Source: Strigamia acuminata (taxonomy: Eukaryota). From it: a DNA stretch of 64,000 nucleotides. The notes below the pieces were generated by a model, which was not told where the DNA came from, did no database searches, and worked only from the letters and a program-made list of their open reading frames with translations. Below, piece by piece: positions 37,029 through 50,400 of this stretch. The stretch is taken from positions 4,712,001 through 4,776,000 of the forward strand of contig OX442314.1 of the NCBI GenBank assembly GCA_949358305.1. The letters are read 5' to 3'. Position 1 is the first letter of the stretch, and every line of letters starts with the position of its first letter. The position numbers were made by a program, and so were the translations under genes.

Positions 37029-40000
37029 ATGGAGAGAGAGGATTCAAATCGACCAGTAGGCCGAATTCAGCAAATGAGAAGACGAAAACTGCTTCAACTT
37101 GTTCGCGTTACTATGTCGAAGCAACAGAGAACTCCGGCATTCAACAAATGTTTGACAAATATCTTGCAGAAGAAAAGAAATATCAAGATTTTACTTTGCG
37201 TGTTACTAATTATCAATTTGGCAGCTTGTGTTTATCAAACAGTAGATCGGGTTTTGCATTTCATGGACGAACCCACAGCAGTTGATGCACACATGATTGA
37301 AACAACGCATGGTCCCTTTCCCTATGTTTATTTATATCCACCTACTACGCAAGAATTTAACGATTTCATTTTCAACAAGACAAAAAAATCTAAAGACAAA
37401 GATCAATGTACAGAAATATACCTACCATTTTCAAAATTTAATATCAGTGATATTCTACAATATACTACTACACTTAGTTACATAACTGATGCCTACTTCA
37501 AAACAGTAAATCATTTTCATTTTTTCTCCTAACCAAACTAGAAAAGTTTAATCAAATGAGGAAAAAATTATATTTCCAGCCTGAAATGCGCATTAACCTT
37601 ACAATTGCAAATTATGAGACTGTGAGTTCGGCCACTGCACAAGTTTCCAGTCGTAAGTCAACAATAATTCCCGTTTTCTTTATTTTTAAAAGTTCCTTTT
37701 TCCCTTAGCAATTTCGTTTCCATATGGGAATCCTGCTTATAAGATGGTGATTAAACTTAATTTTCCCAAGCAATGTAAAATTGTTCGAGTGAGTATTTAA
37801 TTTCATCGACAATTCTCACAATTTATTTTGCATTTCTCACAGCCACAAAGTTGCACAACACATTTTTTAAACACTAAGCGTCCCTTTGTAGCTGTCAAAA
37901 TTGTGAAATCCTCAGTAATAAAATTTGATAATCATTCTTGAAACCATTCCATTCAATTTCAAGGTGTTAATAGATCCATCATCAGTCGTTTATAATTTAA
38001 ACAGTATATTCATGCAAGAGATACAAATAAAACATGGCAAACATACAGTTGGAAATAGAGTGCAAGAAGTAAGGATTAAATTAATAATTATTCACACAGA
38101 AAAGAGAATTATTTTCTAGCCATTAATAAAAAGTATTTCTTGGATCTATCAGCTTTATTTAAGCACAATTGCTAATTATTTACTAATATGTAATAAGGGC
38201 CATCCGTAATTTACATAATGTTGGGTTTTGGTTGACTACAGTTAACATAAACATGTAAACATCAAATTTGTGTTACAAGGTTTAACAAATTCCCTCTCTT
38301 CCTCCCTAGAAAATAAAATAATAAAAAAGAACGGCTTAAGATGCTATGTTATTTAAGGAAGGCCCCATAATAATACAGGAATTTGAAACATTTATTTTAG
38401 TATCACTACATCAGCACTAAGAAAAATCCATGCGATAATAATTTACACGATTGTTTGCGCCCATGTCTCGTCAAACGAATGAAATGCAGGTAAGTTTTTT
38501 TGATTCGACTCAATAACAGAATTCAATAAAAGAATATTTATTTCTGGGTATAAATCACACATCAAAACATTTAAAAAATATTTTTTATCTAACTGTTATT
38601 ATTATTAATAAAAATTAGAAGTTAACTTAAATAAAGGTTGTCACATTAGATATCCATTTTATGAAGCGAGAAATCTACCGAAATGCAATGACAAAGACAC
38701 TTTGATTCAGGTCGGACAAATAGAAAACCTTATCATCTTAGATGGTATAGAATCACAGTGTAGATGTGGTAATTTATGTGATGAGACAAGTTTCAGCCAA
38801 ACATTCGAAAGAACACCTGATGATGGAGATAAAATAGACATTTATGTTGTCAATACTTTCGTTCGAACATTAGTCGAACACTTTTCTTATGACATCATCA
38901 ATTTGCTATGCGACATTGGAGGAAACATCGGCCTCTATTTCGGAATGTCTTGCTTGACACTGGTCGAAATATTCATTCACATATGCAAAATATGCGTCAG
39001 CAAACCAACAACAGCAAATTCCAAGTTGACAGATAAAATTGAAATGACACTTGAAAAGATGCAGAATCGCCGAAAACCAACTTTCGATAAAAAGTTGATC
39101 AAAATCACAACATCACTATTCTTTGGTTTGATATCAGTCTACTACATTTACCATTTGATTGATTCTTATTTTCAATTTCCACTCTTGAAAACTGTTAAAC
39201 TCATTAGAGATGAAAAAATTCATTTTCCACTCATTATTGCATGTGCAGATAGTGCAAACATATCAGATGCTAAAAAGGAATTAGCCCAAAGACTCAACAC
39301 AACTGATTGTGACGATTTACAACTGTTGGATTTACTCCATCCACTATCTGAATTCGCAAAGCAACCACTGCAATTGTGGAATGCCTCGTCTCTTCTTGAT
39401 TTATACGACGAAGAACGGATAAAGCATCTCAAGGTAAAAAAAATCAGAATATTAAATCATCAATTCAAACGTGTATAAAATTAAGAAACTTGTAGAACGG
39501 GATAGCAGCAGATACAATTGAATTATATATTCCCAATTTATCATTAAAACCAACAGTGTATGGAATGTGTACTGCGTTTAATAGAAGTAAAAAAACAAGT
39601 CACTTTTAAATTTTAATTCTCACTAAAATATTTTTACCCAGCTGACCGGCCGTTTTCTAGAAAGCAAAACTTTGTAATGATTACCGATCTGCCCAGTGTT
39701 CACTGTAGTTTTAAACGAGAAGTGAGATAGAAGTTTATCCTTCGTACTGTCAATTGCAGCAGTTACTAATTTCACTTTCTGTATTCCAGCACTTCATTTT
39801 GCCAACAAATCAATTTTTTCATCCGCAATATCGTTTAGATGTATCCAACAACTTAGGTGTTTATGTCAACTTCGCCCCTCAAACGGTGAATTCAAAAAAT
39901 GATTAATCCACTATACTCTGGCTCACCATAAGGTTGCCCTTCCTCCCATTGGGCGAGTCTCACTACTTCCAACTGCAGACTGTACTACCACCAGGAAAAG

Positions 40001-41410
40001 TAGTTTTTATTTTTGTGATTAATTGATTATTATAAAATAAAGATTAAAATGATAGAAATTTTATTTTATTTTATAGTAAAATGTTTTTTCCATTTATAAA
40101 ACATGTTTGTTCAGTTTATTGGTTGCTTTATCTGAAAAGCACAATGTCTGTACATCGATTGCAATTCTGATGTTTTGTATCACTCGGGAGAAAGACCACC
40201 CTAATAGTAAGCCAAAGTATAGCGCATTCGAAAAGCCATTGCAACAGTTTAAATAGCGTAATTAGACTTCAAAAATGGCACCCAATTTAATCTGCATCAG
40301 TCACTATTGAGAAATTGTAGCCATTTTGGAGAAATTATCAACAGTTTTGAAAAACTCAAATTTTTCTTTGGTTTGGGGCCCCAATTTGTTCAAGGGCTCA
40401 CACTGCAACTTATGTGGGTGTGGCCAAATTGCCATTTAGTTGATTAATCTTTCCAGCTTGTTCGATTAAATACCCCGAGAAGTCCTTGCAGACCAAATGA
40501 TGAAGTTTTAAGATGTGAAGAAAACTGCTATGAAAAGATACTCGAGCAACAAACTTTCAATTGCAGGTAACTTGTAATTCATCCACTAATTACTCTGAAT
40601 CCCATATTGCACTTTACAAATCATACATTGTTTGAGTATATTCCTAACAATCAAATGGAGCAAATTTATTGGTAACAGCATGTGTATCCAGGTTTCCATT
40701 TATAAACAGCAAAAACAGCCAAAAGGTGTAGAGCACCATTTATTTAGTTTAAAAATTAAACAGTTTAATCGTCTGAAGAAAAACTGTTTCAGAATGTTTA
40801 ATTAAAAAAAAAAAGACTTGCCACAGCTTTGAAGATGAATGATAATATTATTTATTTTTAAAACTTTCAAAGATAGAAATTAAAATGATTGAAAAAAATG
40901 CTCATGAGCATTTGTCATTGTTGCCAATAAATTTAATTTGCCACATTTGATCTACCTTGCTAAGTTGCTACCTTAGCACACTCAAACAGTTCAAGTGTTT
41001 ACCCAATTTTTAATAAGTGGAAAAAATCATGTGTCATGGCACACTGTGTATTTCCAGTATATTGTTATATTACTAGACTTCCATCCATGGATAAGAGTAA
41101 ATTTCCCCTTTGCCTAACTCAAGAGACGGCTAAAACAACTTACGAGACATATTTGAAAACTCAGATGAAGACAAACCCCCGGGAAGACTGTTTCTGCAAA
41201 CCATCCTGTAACGAAACCATCTTCAATCCTTCAATTATCAGCAGCATAGAGCGCAAATCACAACCGTTTGTTTGGTATGTGATTGAAAATAACATGAGAG
41301 AAATAATTGAAGAACAGCAAGAGGTTACCATTGTAAAGTTATTGTGTCAGATTGGATCTATTATTGGTATTCTCACCGGTTTCTCCTTATTTTCTCTTCT
41401 TCAATTTTGA
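37029..41410 (+). CDS. Tandem DEG/ENaC gene copy C, complete 11 exons (exon 1 37029-37505, exon 6 38650-39433, exon 10 40457-40566, exon 11 41077-41410); probable C/A chimera
   Basis: Same architecture as A. Exons 1-9 are diverged from A, while exons 10-11 appear identical to A. Confidence 0.85.
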
Positions 41411-44400
41411 TTGCCTTTAATTCCACGAGTTTAAAATAATAAAATGTTGCTTAACTTATAACTGGATGCATTCAATTTGTACTGTAAATGCACTAATAGA
41501 ATGTGACGTGTGCTTTACAACGCAGGTCTAAATCAAACTAAATTGAAAAAAACGACTAGAATAAATGTCTAAATTGATCAAAAACACTAAAAAAAATCGT
41601 GGGGGAAATTTAAGTTCTAACAACAAAACGCCTGCATTTATTTAAAGAATCTAGAGTTAGTGGTTAAGCCACTTGTGCAGTGTCTTACAGTGAAGTTTTA
41701 CTCCCTTTATTGCACACTTGCAGATCCTCTTTTATTATCATCCTTCTTACTGTGTCTGACCTCCTGAAAATTACGTAAACCAATCTTCAGGGTGCTCACG
41801 TTGTTTCTCCCTATGCACTTCTCCAAACAACAATTAATCAAGCTCAGTGTTTGTTTTATACGAGAATTTACCAATTAAAAGTCAATAATACCATCATGTT
41901 GAATTTAATTTGAATGCAACATGTTTGAAACACTCATTAGTTATGAGTGTTTCAAACATGAGTCATAACAGATGGCAGCACCAGCAAAATAAAACCTATC
42001 TCTTATCATACGCGGTTTGTTACATGCTTTTGGATTGGTCATTGGAGAGCTAAACGATGACTGTTTTGCAGTCTCCACATTGGTTGTTAGTTTATGACAT
42101 AGGTAGTTTACTTCATTTATTGTTGAACATAGAAATACTATATCTTGTAAGCACAATTAAAATCTCACAGAACTTGGAACTTCATTCCCAACTTATTATG
42201 TACTCTGTATTAATTTATTAAGATAAATGTCAGTTACCATGTTGTGACGATTTTACCTTTTCTACCTTTTGCTAAAGATGAGATAAACCTAACCTACCAA
42301 AATAAGCTAAACTACAGTGTGCGCGCTAAGTGAAAATACAACGTGAATAACTTACAAAGAATATCGATAAATAGTATTGTTTATTAACAAGGAGTCCGGG
42401 TTCTAAATACACGTGAAATAATGGGGGGCAACATCTGGTTGGATGTGCTGGGCGGGCCGAGAGAAAGGGCTGGCTTCGCGGCATTGTCACAACGTATCGG
42501 AGCTAGGCCTAGTTTTAGGCCTACGCAACAATAACGCACGTGGATGCGGAGATTTCTCCGCATCGCTTTTAAACCTATATTTCATCGATTAGATCAATCG
42601 ATTAGATGAGAATTGAACAATTCTCATATGCTACTCTCTATTAATTTATTAAGACAAATGTCAGTTATCATGTACAATTTTGATTTCGATTAATTAATGT
42701 AACGTTGTAGACAGAAGGTGAACTCACAGTGTCATTTAAACTTATTTCCTGTATATTTTTTAAACCAGTCTAAACGTAAAATTTTGCTCGTTAAATGTGT
42801 AGTGTTTTAATTCATTAAAGCAATTAAATTTGAGTCAAACATGTGCGAGTAATTGATTTTAATTTAAACTCTATTTTCAATTCAGCAATATTAATATTCA
42901 TCTAGAAAAACAGATCAATCCCATATTTTACGCCATTATACGCCATTCATGTCCCCTTGTCTTTCTATCAACTTAGATAAACGGATAAAACCACAGTTGG
43001 CTTGTCAGTAGATTTAATCGATACCAAAATGCCAAAATATCTGACACTTAACAAGATGGCCACCTCAAGACCGGTCGCTTTTCACTGTCGTCCCTAAGAT
43101 AGATCGAGAACTTATTTTTAAAAATATCTGATCAGTTGACAAGATGGCCACCGAGACCGGTCGCTTTTCACTGTCGTCACTAGATCGAGAACTTATTTTT
43201 AAAAATGTTGATAATATGGTCGTTATATTCAACGAAATAGCTAGTGTCAAACCTCCCGGTCGTGCTGCTATCAACAAATTCGAATCCAGTGTGAAGAAAA
43301 TCTATCAAATACTGAATAATGCGCCCATCTCCGAAGCTGACCACGCGGACCATGATTCTGGATCTCGTAGGCGACGAAAAAGACAAAAACCAGGTACAGA
43401 TAGCACAGTAATTAAACCTACTTTGCAACAATCCGCTGATCTCAACCGTGACAATGACTGGCAAACTGATTATTCCAACTTTACCAACCACGCGCCTAAC
43501 CCTAATTCGACAAAACCGCCGGCAAATCAATTGTCTTTCACGCACACCACCATTGCTGATGTCCCCAACTTCATCTCTAAGGACACTGAGTACCAATATC
43601 GTCAATCCTTCCAATATTGCTGAAAATAATGCTGAAAATAATTTCGTAACGCCCGCATCAACCGCTGCTCGGGCCGACGCCAATGAAGCGGACACAGATG
43701 TGGCCCGTGCCGCCGCTGCTGCCGCCATTTCCGCGGGTGCCCCAACCACGCTCGTCGTCGGTCTGCTGCATCTTTCCTTCCACTTCACCCAGAGAAGAGA
43801 GGACCCAATGTATAAAATAATCCAACAATTGACTCTTTTCGTTACCGAAAGTCACACCGAAATTGTCTCTCTACAATAATCGTTCACCAGTCGCCAGATT
43901 TCAACTCCGCCAGTCAGCAACCAACTCCGGACCCAGCGCCCCAACCATTGTGCCCAGTCGACCCTGCTGACGTTCGCACAGGCGGCAGCCCAGCCTCGCC
44001 CGGTGATTGAATACAGCGAATCTCCTCCTGTCGACCCAGTGATGGACTCACGTGCAAACAACACCGCTCAAACTACACGTACCCGCTCCAACATTGGCAC
44101 TGTTGATGACTGCACTATCCACGCTGCCACCCCCCTCGATGACCGCCCGACGTCACGCATTCTCCTAAGCAATTTACAGAACTCCACCACGAACAAAAAA
44201 GTCCAGTCATATGCCGAGTCCAGTGCGCCAGGTGGACGTGTGACCGTTTTGCCACTGTGGGTCGCCCACGGTGACTCACGTCACTCCACACACTGCTCTC
44301 TGACCCCTGGTCACCCCCTCTAGCGAGTAGGGCTGACCCAGTGGGGAAGGAGGGAGCTGAGTGGTGTGACTGCTATGGTCTCGCCAGTGTAGTCAGGGGA

Positions 44401-47400
44401 CTGATAACACTGGGTAGGGACGCATACTTCATGTAAATAACGGGGAATCCCACAATATTGGTTGGTTGGCCTTTATTGTCTTGTCTAGGGGTATGGGGAA
44501 TCCCGTTACCCGTTGCAAGGGTGCCACGAAGGCACGCCGCACCGGCAACCGACCCGTCACACACTGGGCGCGAGCCCAATGGGTGACGTGGTCGGTTCAA
44601 CGTTACATTCATGCTGTACTTACCTACAGCCCGCAGTGACCACTCATGGAGGCTGTATTGGGTGGAAAACCCAGATACTGAGCATCGCTGTGGTGAATGG
44701 GAAGGAGTGCAGAGTCCTCTCAGCCGGGACACGCCTTGTCCCCTCATCAACTACAACACCCTGGAACTCTGTCAACACACGACCTGCCTGGTCGGTGTCC
44801 GCACTCTCTCTCTCTGCAACTCCTCCCCACACCACTTAGCTCCCTCCTTCCCCCGGGCTAGATCACCTTGCCCAATCAGGGGGTGATCTTGGGGCCGTAT
44901 GGTGGTGTGTGGCAGTGACGTAGGTCACCCCAGGTGGCCCGACGGTCACAGTGGTGTGGGAGGAGGAGCATTGAGTCGAGAGAGAGAGTTTGGACAGCAC
45001 AGAGTGAGGACGTGTGCTAGAGAGTTCCCTTAGCCAGCCTGGGCAGTGCAGTGCCCCAGTTGACTCTGCTTTTCTCCCATTCACCACTGTGACGCTCAGT
45101 GATAGGGAGATGACCCTATTGCAGCCTCCATGAGCAGCTACATGGGCTGAGGTAAGTAATACCGCAGGAGAATGAGTTACGCCAACCGACCACGTCATTC
45201 ATAGCCAAATCGCCCTGTGGATGACGGGCCGGTTGAAGGTGTGGTAGGCCTAATGGCCCCGACACGGGTGAGGTGTACTCCGACCCCTAGCCAACGGCTT
45301 AAAGGCCAAAAACCAACAATCCGGAGTCCCTGTATCCATTATTTACGTGAGAGTCGATCCCACCCGCGGTAATCAATCCCCAGATTGTCGTGAGAGCGAT
45401 GACCCGTCACAGACGAAGGAAGATAAAACTATTAGAAAGTCCTTTTTCTTGCTCATCGCCACAGACAATATCACCCCGCTTCTATCCACGGCCCTCTGGC
45501 TTTGTAGCATCGGCGTCCGCCCCTTTCGTGGTAGAAACCCCCCACTTCTTTCATCAACTCAAATTAATGTTTAATTACGCTTAATTTGTTTAATTTGTTT
45601 TTACCTTGTAATTTACTCCATGGGAGTGCTTAGAATAAAACAAACAAACTATCAATTACGTCAACTCTGCCATGACCTAAGCGCCATCTGTCGGCTCAAA
45701 TACAAAATTAAATAACACTGACCATCCGATTCGATCAGCTTTTCGGTTTTGGTCATCTAAATCCGATCCGAATTTTTCCAATGTATTTGCTCATTTGTCA
45801 TTTCAATAAAACAAATGAAATGAAGTCATTTCAAACCGAATTTTTCAGCATTCCGATTACATTCTGATTACATTTTGATCACGTTACGGCCATATTTTGC
45901 CGATTCACGGATGTAGATTCTTCTGCCCACCAATTCAATTCTTATTATTGTTTCCAACAACATGAAAAGGCAAAAATGCACTTACTGTTTACGGGTGAAC
46001 GTGGTAGCAACAGAATTCCCAGTGCGCCGATGCGTTCGTGCGCGCCACTGTCCTTCGAACCTCGTTTTCGTCCAGCAAATACTCCAACATAAATGGCAAC
46101 TTGATGCAGTTTTCACTTGCTTTTTTTTATTTTTCTGAAAATATTACCAAAAATGATTTAACAATTGTGTTTTCACAACAAAAGAATCACATTAGGACTC
46201 GCTTTGGTTCCGGTGGTGAGTCGTGGAACCTGGAAACCGAGTCGTTCGATTCGTTAACTCGCCGCTAGATGTCACACAAGTAAGAAACAATTTCCTACAT
46301 ACGAAATTGGAAATAGTTTGATTTCATTTAAAAATCATTTTTTTAAGGCCAAATGTGACATATCAATAGACCACTTATTGCAATTGAATTATCATTTTAG
46401 TGAATTATTCATTGTTGGAAAGTAACTTAGATTACCCCATTAAATGTTTTGTATTTAGATTAAACTCAAACACAAAACTGCAACTTCATCAAGTTGAGTT
46501 TCTTTGAAATTAGAAATTATACAGTATGTTTGGTGAATTATTCGTTCTTGGAACATTGAATTACAAATGAAATACTAGTATTTTGTATTTAGATTAAACT
46601 CATTCAACAAATGTTAGTGGTAGACAGACATCACATGGCATGAGTGATGCTGCACTGATCTCACTTAGAAGAAAACAACAACTAGAAACTATATTTGTAT
46701 TGGCCTTTATTCACATGGTTGTCTAAGGCTTAGTTCCCAGAAATGTTTCCCTTGTCTGGTTTTCATTGCTACAATCCAACCCAATATCAACCCTTGACCG
46801 TGTTGTTAAGAGACCATGTGGCCAGCGAGATATGATTTCTGCTGTGTCTCTGCACAGGCTTGCTGAGAGCTTCAGGTCAGTACCTTCTCAGGTCACACGA
46901 GTGCGGTCATGCATCCGTTCATGGTAGTCTAAGAATGTCTCATTCATGAGACCTTGCCAGTCCTTTCTTTCCATTGGTTGCCAGACTACTTCCGGGACCG
47001 GCAGCACCACCTGACAGGGGGCGGTGCCCAGGATAAAAACTAGTAATAAGTGTCAGTAACCGACGGTCACACAAACTCCGGCTTCATACGATTTTCTTTG
47101 AAGTTAAAAATTATATGGTATATCTTGTAAATTATTCATTTTTGGAACGTGACAGACTGACAAATGAAATGTTTTGCATTTAGATTAAACTCATTCAACA
47201 AACTTCAACGTTATAGATTAGATTTTCTTTGAAATTAGAAATTGTACTTACATCTGGTGAATTATTCATTCTTGGAAAGTAGCATGAATAACAAATGTAG
47301 AATTTTACATTTAGATTAAACTCACGGAAGAAACTTCAACGTCTAAAATTCATTTTCTTTGAAATTAGAAATTATACAGTACATCTGGTGAATTATTCAC

Positions 47401-50400
47401 TGCTGAAGAGTAACATGAATAACAGATGAAAAATTTTGCATTTAGATTAAACTCATTCAACAAACTCCAACGTCATAGATTAGATTTTCTTTGAAATTAG
47501 AAATTATATGTTACATCTGGTGAATGATTCTTTCCTGGAAAGTAACATGAATAAGAGATGTAGAATTTTGCATTTGGATTAAACTCACGCAAGAAACGTC
47601 AACGTCTAAAATTCATTTTCTTTGTAATTAGAAATTATACAGTACATCTGGTGAATTATTCATTCCTGGAAAGTAACATGAATAACAGATGAAAAATTTT
47701 GCATTTAGATTGAACTCATGCGGTATCCGATCACTTCAGTGACCATCGTGAAGTCGTGAAGTCATGAACTGGAGAAAACGGTAAGTCAAATTTTGAATTG
47801 AAGATACAGTGTACTCATTTGGAAAGATGTGTGATCCAAACAGGTTTGCTGGACCCAACGTATAGCCAGTAATGTTATATTCCCTCTCCTAGCCTGTTAG
47901 TCTGGATAACTTTCTTAGATCGTCCTATGTCCAAGCTTCACAGAGTTTACTGTAGATATGAGAATGTAACAGGTTAATTCTTTAAATAGTTTTTCTGTGA
48001 TTCAGCGGATGGAAAGCAGGTGTAGTAGTTTTGTGAGTTTGGTAGGTAGTCGAGCTGCTCGGTTCCTCAGTGTGTTCTCTTGGTCAAAATGCAATCAGTT
48101 TGCAACAATTTGCAACAGTTGTGATTGCATTCCCAATGCATAAAGAATTTTATATTGTTATGTACACCATGGGGTATGATATATATTGTCAGGTGCTTGG
48201 TTTTAATTTTAATCTCTTCCATCCTAAATTTTCTTATTTTTCAATTCATTTATTTTTATTTATTTTGCCGACTCACCCTTTGTAATGAATGCACATAAAA
48301 GATCTTTGTGCATTTTATGACTCTTAAACTTTTTAGTTTGCCCCATCCCTGATCATAATTGATATGACTTGTCAATCAAGTGATCAGACCTGACTTATGA
48401 GCTACATTACCTACAAAAATCACTTCTTGCTTAATTGTCAACAGAGTTCTATACGTGAGATCGTCATTATAAATAGTGTTGTTATTCCAAAGAACTGGGA
48501 TTTCTAACCGTCCAACTCAAATAATTGATGCAGCTTTGTAACTTCCTGTCTGCACATGAAGTAAAAACACGGTTCTTGATGCGTTTTTTCGCGGACTCAA
48601 TGATATATACCATAAATTAGAAATATGTAATGTTACCAGAGAATTTATAGATTTAAAGAAAGCTGCCAAACTCGCCAATGTTACATGTAACAGTCATTAG
48701 TATAATTAAACACCACTTATTGTGAGATAAAGCAACTAATGAGTTTATTTCAGGCTGAATAATTTTAATGAAAGGTTGGGCAAAGTACAAGTGCAAAGTA
48801 CAAGAATTCGTTTTATGTTATTTGAACAAAGGGGGAATATTAATCGATATTGCTTGCCATATTATTCTGTGACTGTTTGGCCACCCTAGTGGCCTACGTC
48901 ACTCCAAACACCACCTGGCGGCCCCAAGCCGACCTCCTCTTGGAGGAGTGGACCGGCCTAGTAGGGGAGGTAAGAGCAGAGTGGTGTGGTGAGCGAGAGA
49001 CTTGCTGAGGGAGCTGAGGGTGAAGACGTGTCAGGTGCAGCTGCCGCGCTCCTAACCATAAGTAGAGACAACTACTGCTCAGTTCCGCTCACCATTCACC
49101 ACTGTGACGCTCAGTGGCAGTCTCATTACTATGAGTGGCTACATGGGCTGTAGGTAAGTACAGCAGAATGTTTGTCCGAGGCATCCGACCACGTCGTACA
49201 CGGGCGTAAAGCCCTGTGTGCGACGAGCCGGTTGCCGGTGTAGCGTGCCTAAGAGCACTCTACACAGTGAGGCGAGAGACCCCAACCCCTAGACAACGAT
49301 TAAAGGCCAAAAGCCACCAATCTGGAGTCTCTGTCTCGCCTTTACGTGATGTAAGCGTCCCTCTCGTGTAGTAACTTCCCACACTATACGGGTCTGACCA
49401 TAGCCAGTCACAATTCGATAATGCATTTAAACTACACAAGTGATGTAAAACAATATAAAGATATTATTGTTTAATTTCCACAATTAAACATTTTACATTT
49501 TCATTTTTAACAAATTTTGCTAACTTGCTCCTGGCGTTTGGTCAACTGTATTGAAGATTTGTTTCCGAAAGAAACAAAAGCAAAAGCTTAGCATACACCT
49601 AACTAATAAGGCCGTTTGAATCTAAATTGAAGAGTTAGAAAGATGAAGAAATTATCAAACTAAAAGCGTTTGTTCGTGTTTGTTCCCATTCAATTAGTCA
49701 TATTTCTTTCAAAATATGATTGATGTTTGCTGTGTAATAAAAAACAGAATCATTTTCATGTCGTAAAAATTCTCAAGTATTGATTTCAAAAACACTGGAA
49801 ATACAGGGTGGACAAAAAGTATGGTTCACAGTAAATAATTCCCAAACTGTTTTAGTTGTTGATTTAGCAAAATGATTGTAAGGGTAATTTTTTGGGGGAA
49901 ATCCAATTATGACATCGAACTTGATCTCAGAGGTCATATTCAAGGTCATTCATCTTGTAACTCGAGAACCGTGACAGATAGAGCAAAAAGGTGAATCAGA
50001 AAGTTGTAGAGCATCATCCAATTAGTCAAGAACCGTTCTGAAAAAAATTATTTCTTACTGAAAAGTTTTGAGAAAAAAGGTCTGAAACATTAGTCTACTC
50101 AGCATTGTAACTCAGCTTTGTAACCTAAAACTATTGAGGCAACCAAGCTAATCCTCAATTAGGACACTTTATTCGGTCATACTTGTAAGTGGAAGAGAGG
50201 AAACACAAACAAAAAGAAATAAATTATTTTGGAAATACATTCCAACATGATAGTTTTAGGTTACAATGCTGAGTAGACTAATTTTTCAGACCTTTTTTCT
50301 CAAAACTTTTCAGTAAGCAATAATTTTTTTCAGAACGGTTCTAGACTAATTGGATGATGCTCTACAACTTTCTAATTCACCTTTTCGCTCTATCTGTCAC

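Larger units (their letters stand above)
15896..40378. repeat. ~24.5-kb tandem segmental duplication, unit 1
   Basis: Sequence and ORF track repeat at offset 24483-24487 with only scattered differences. Confidence 0.95.
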
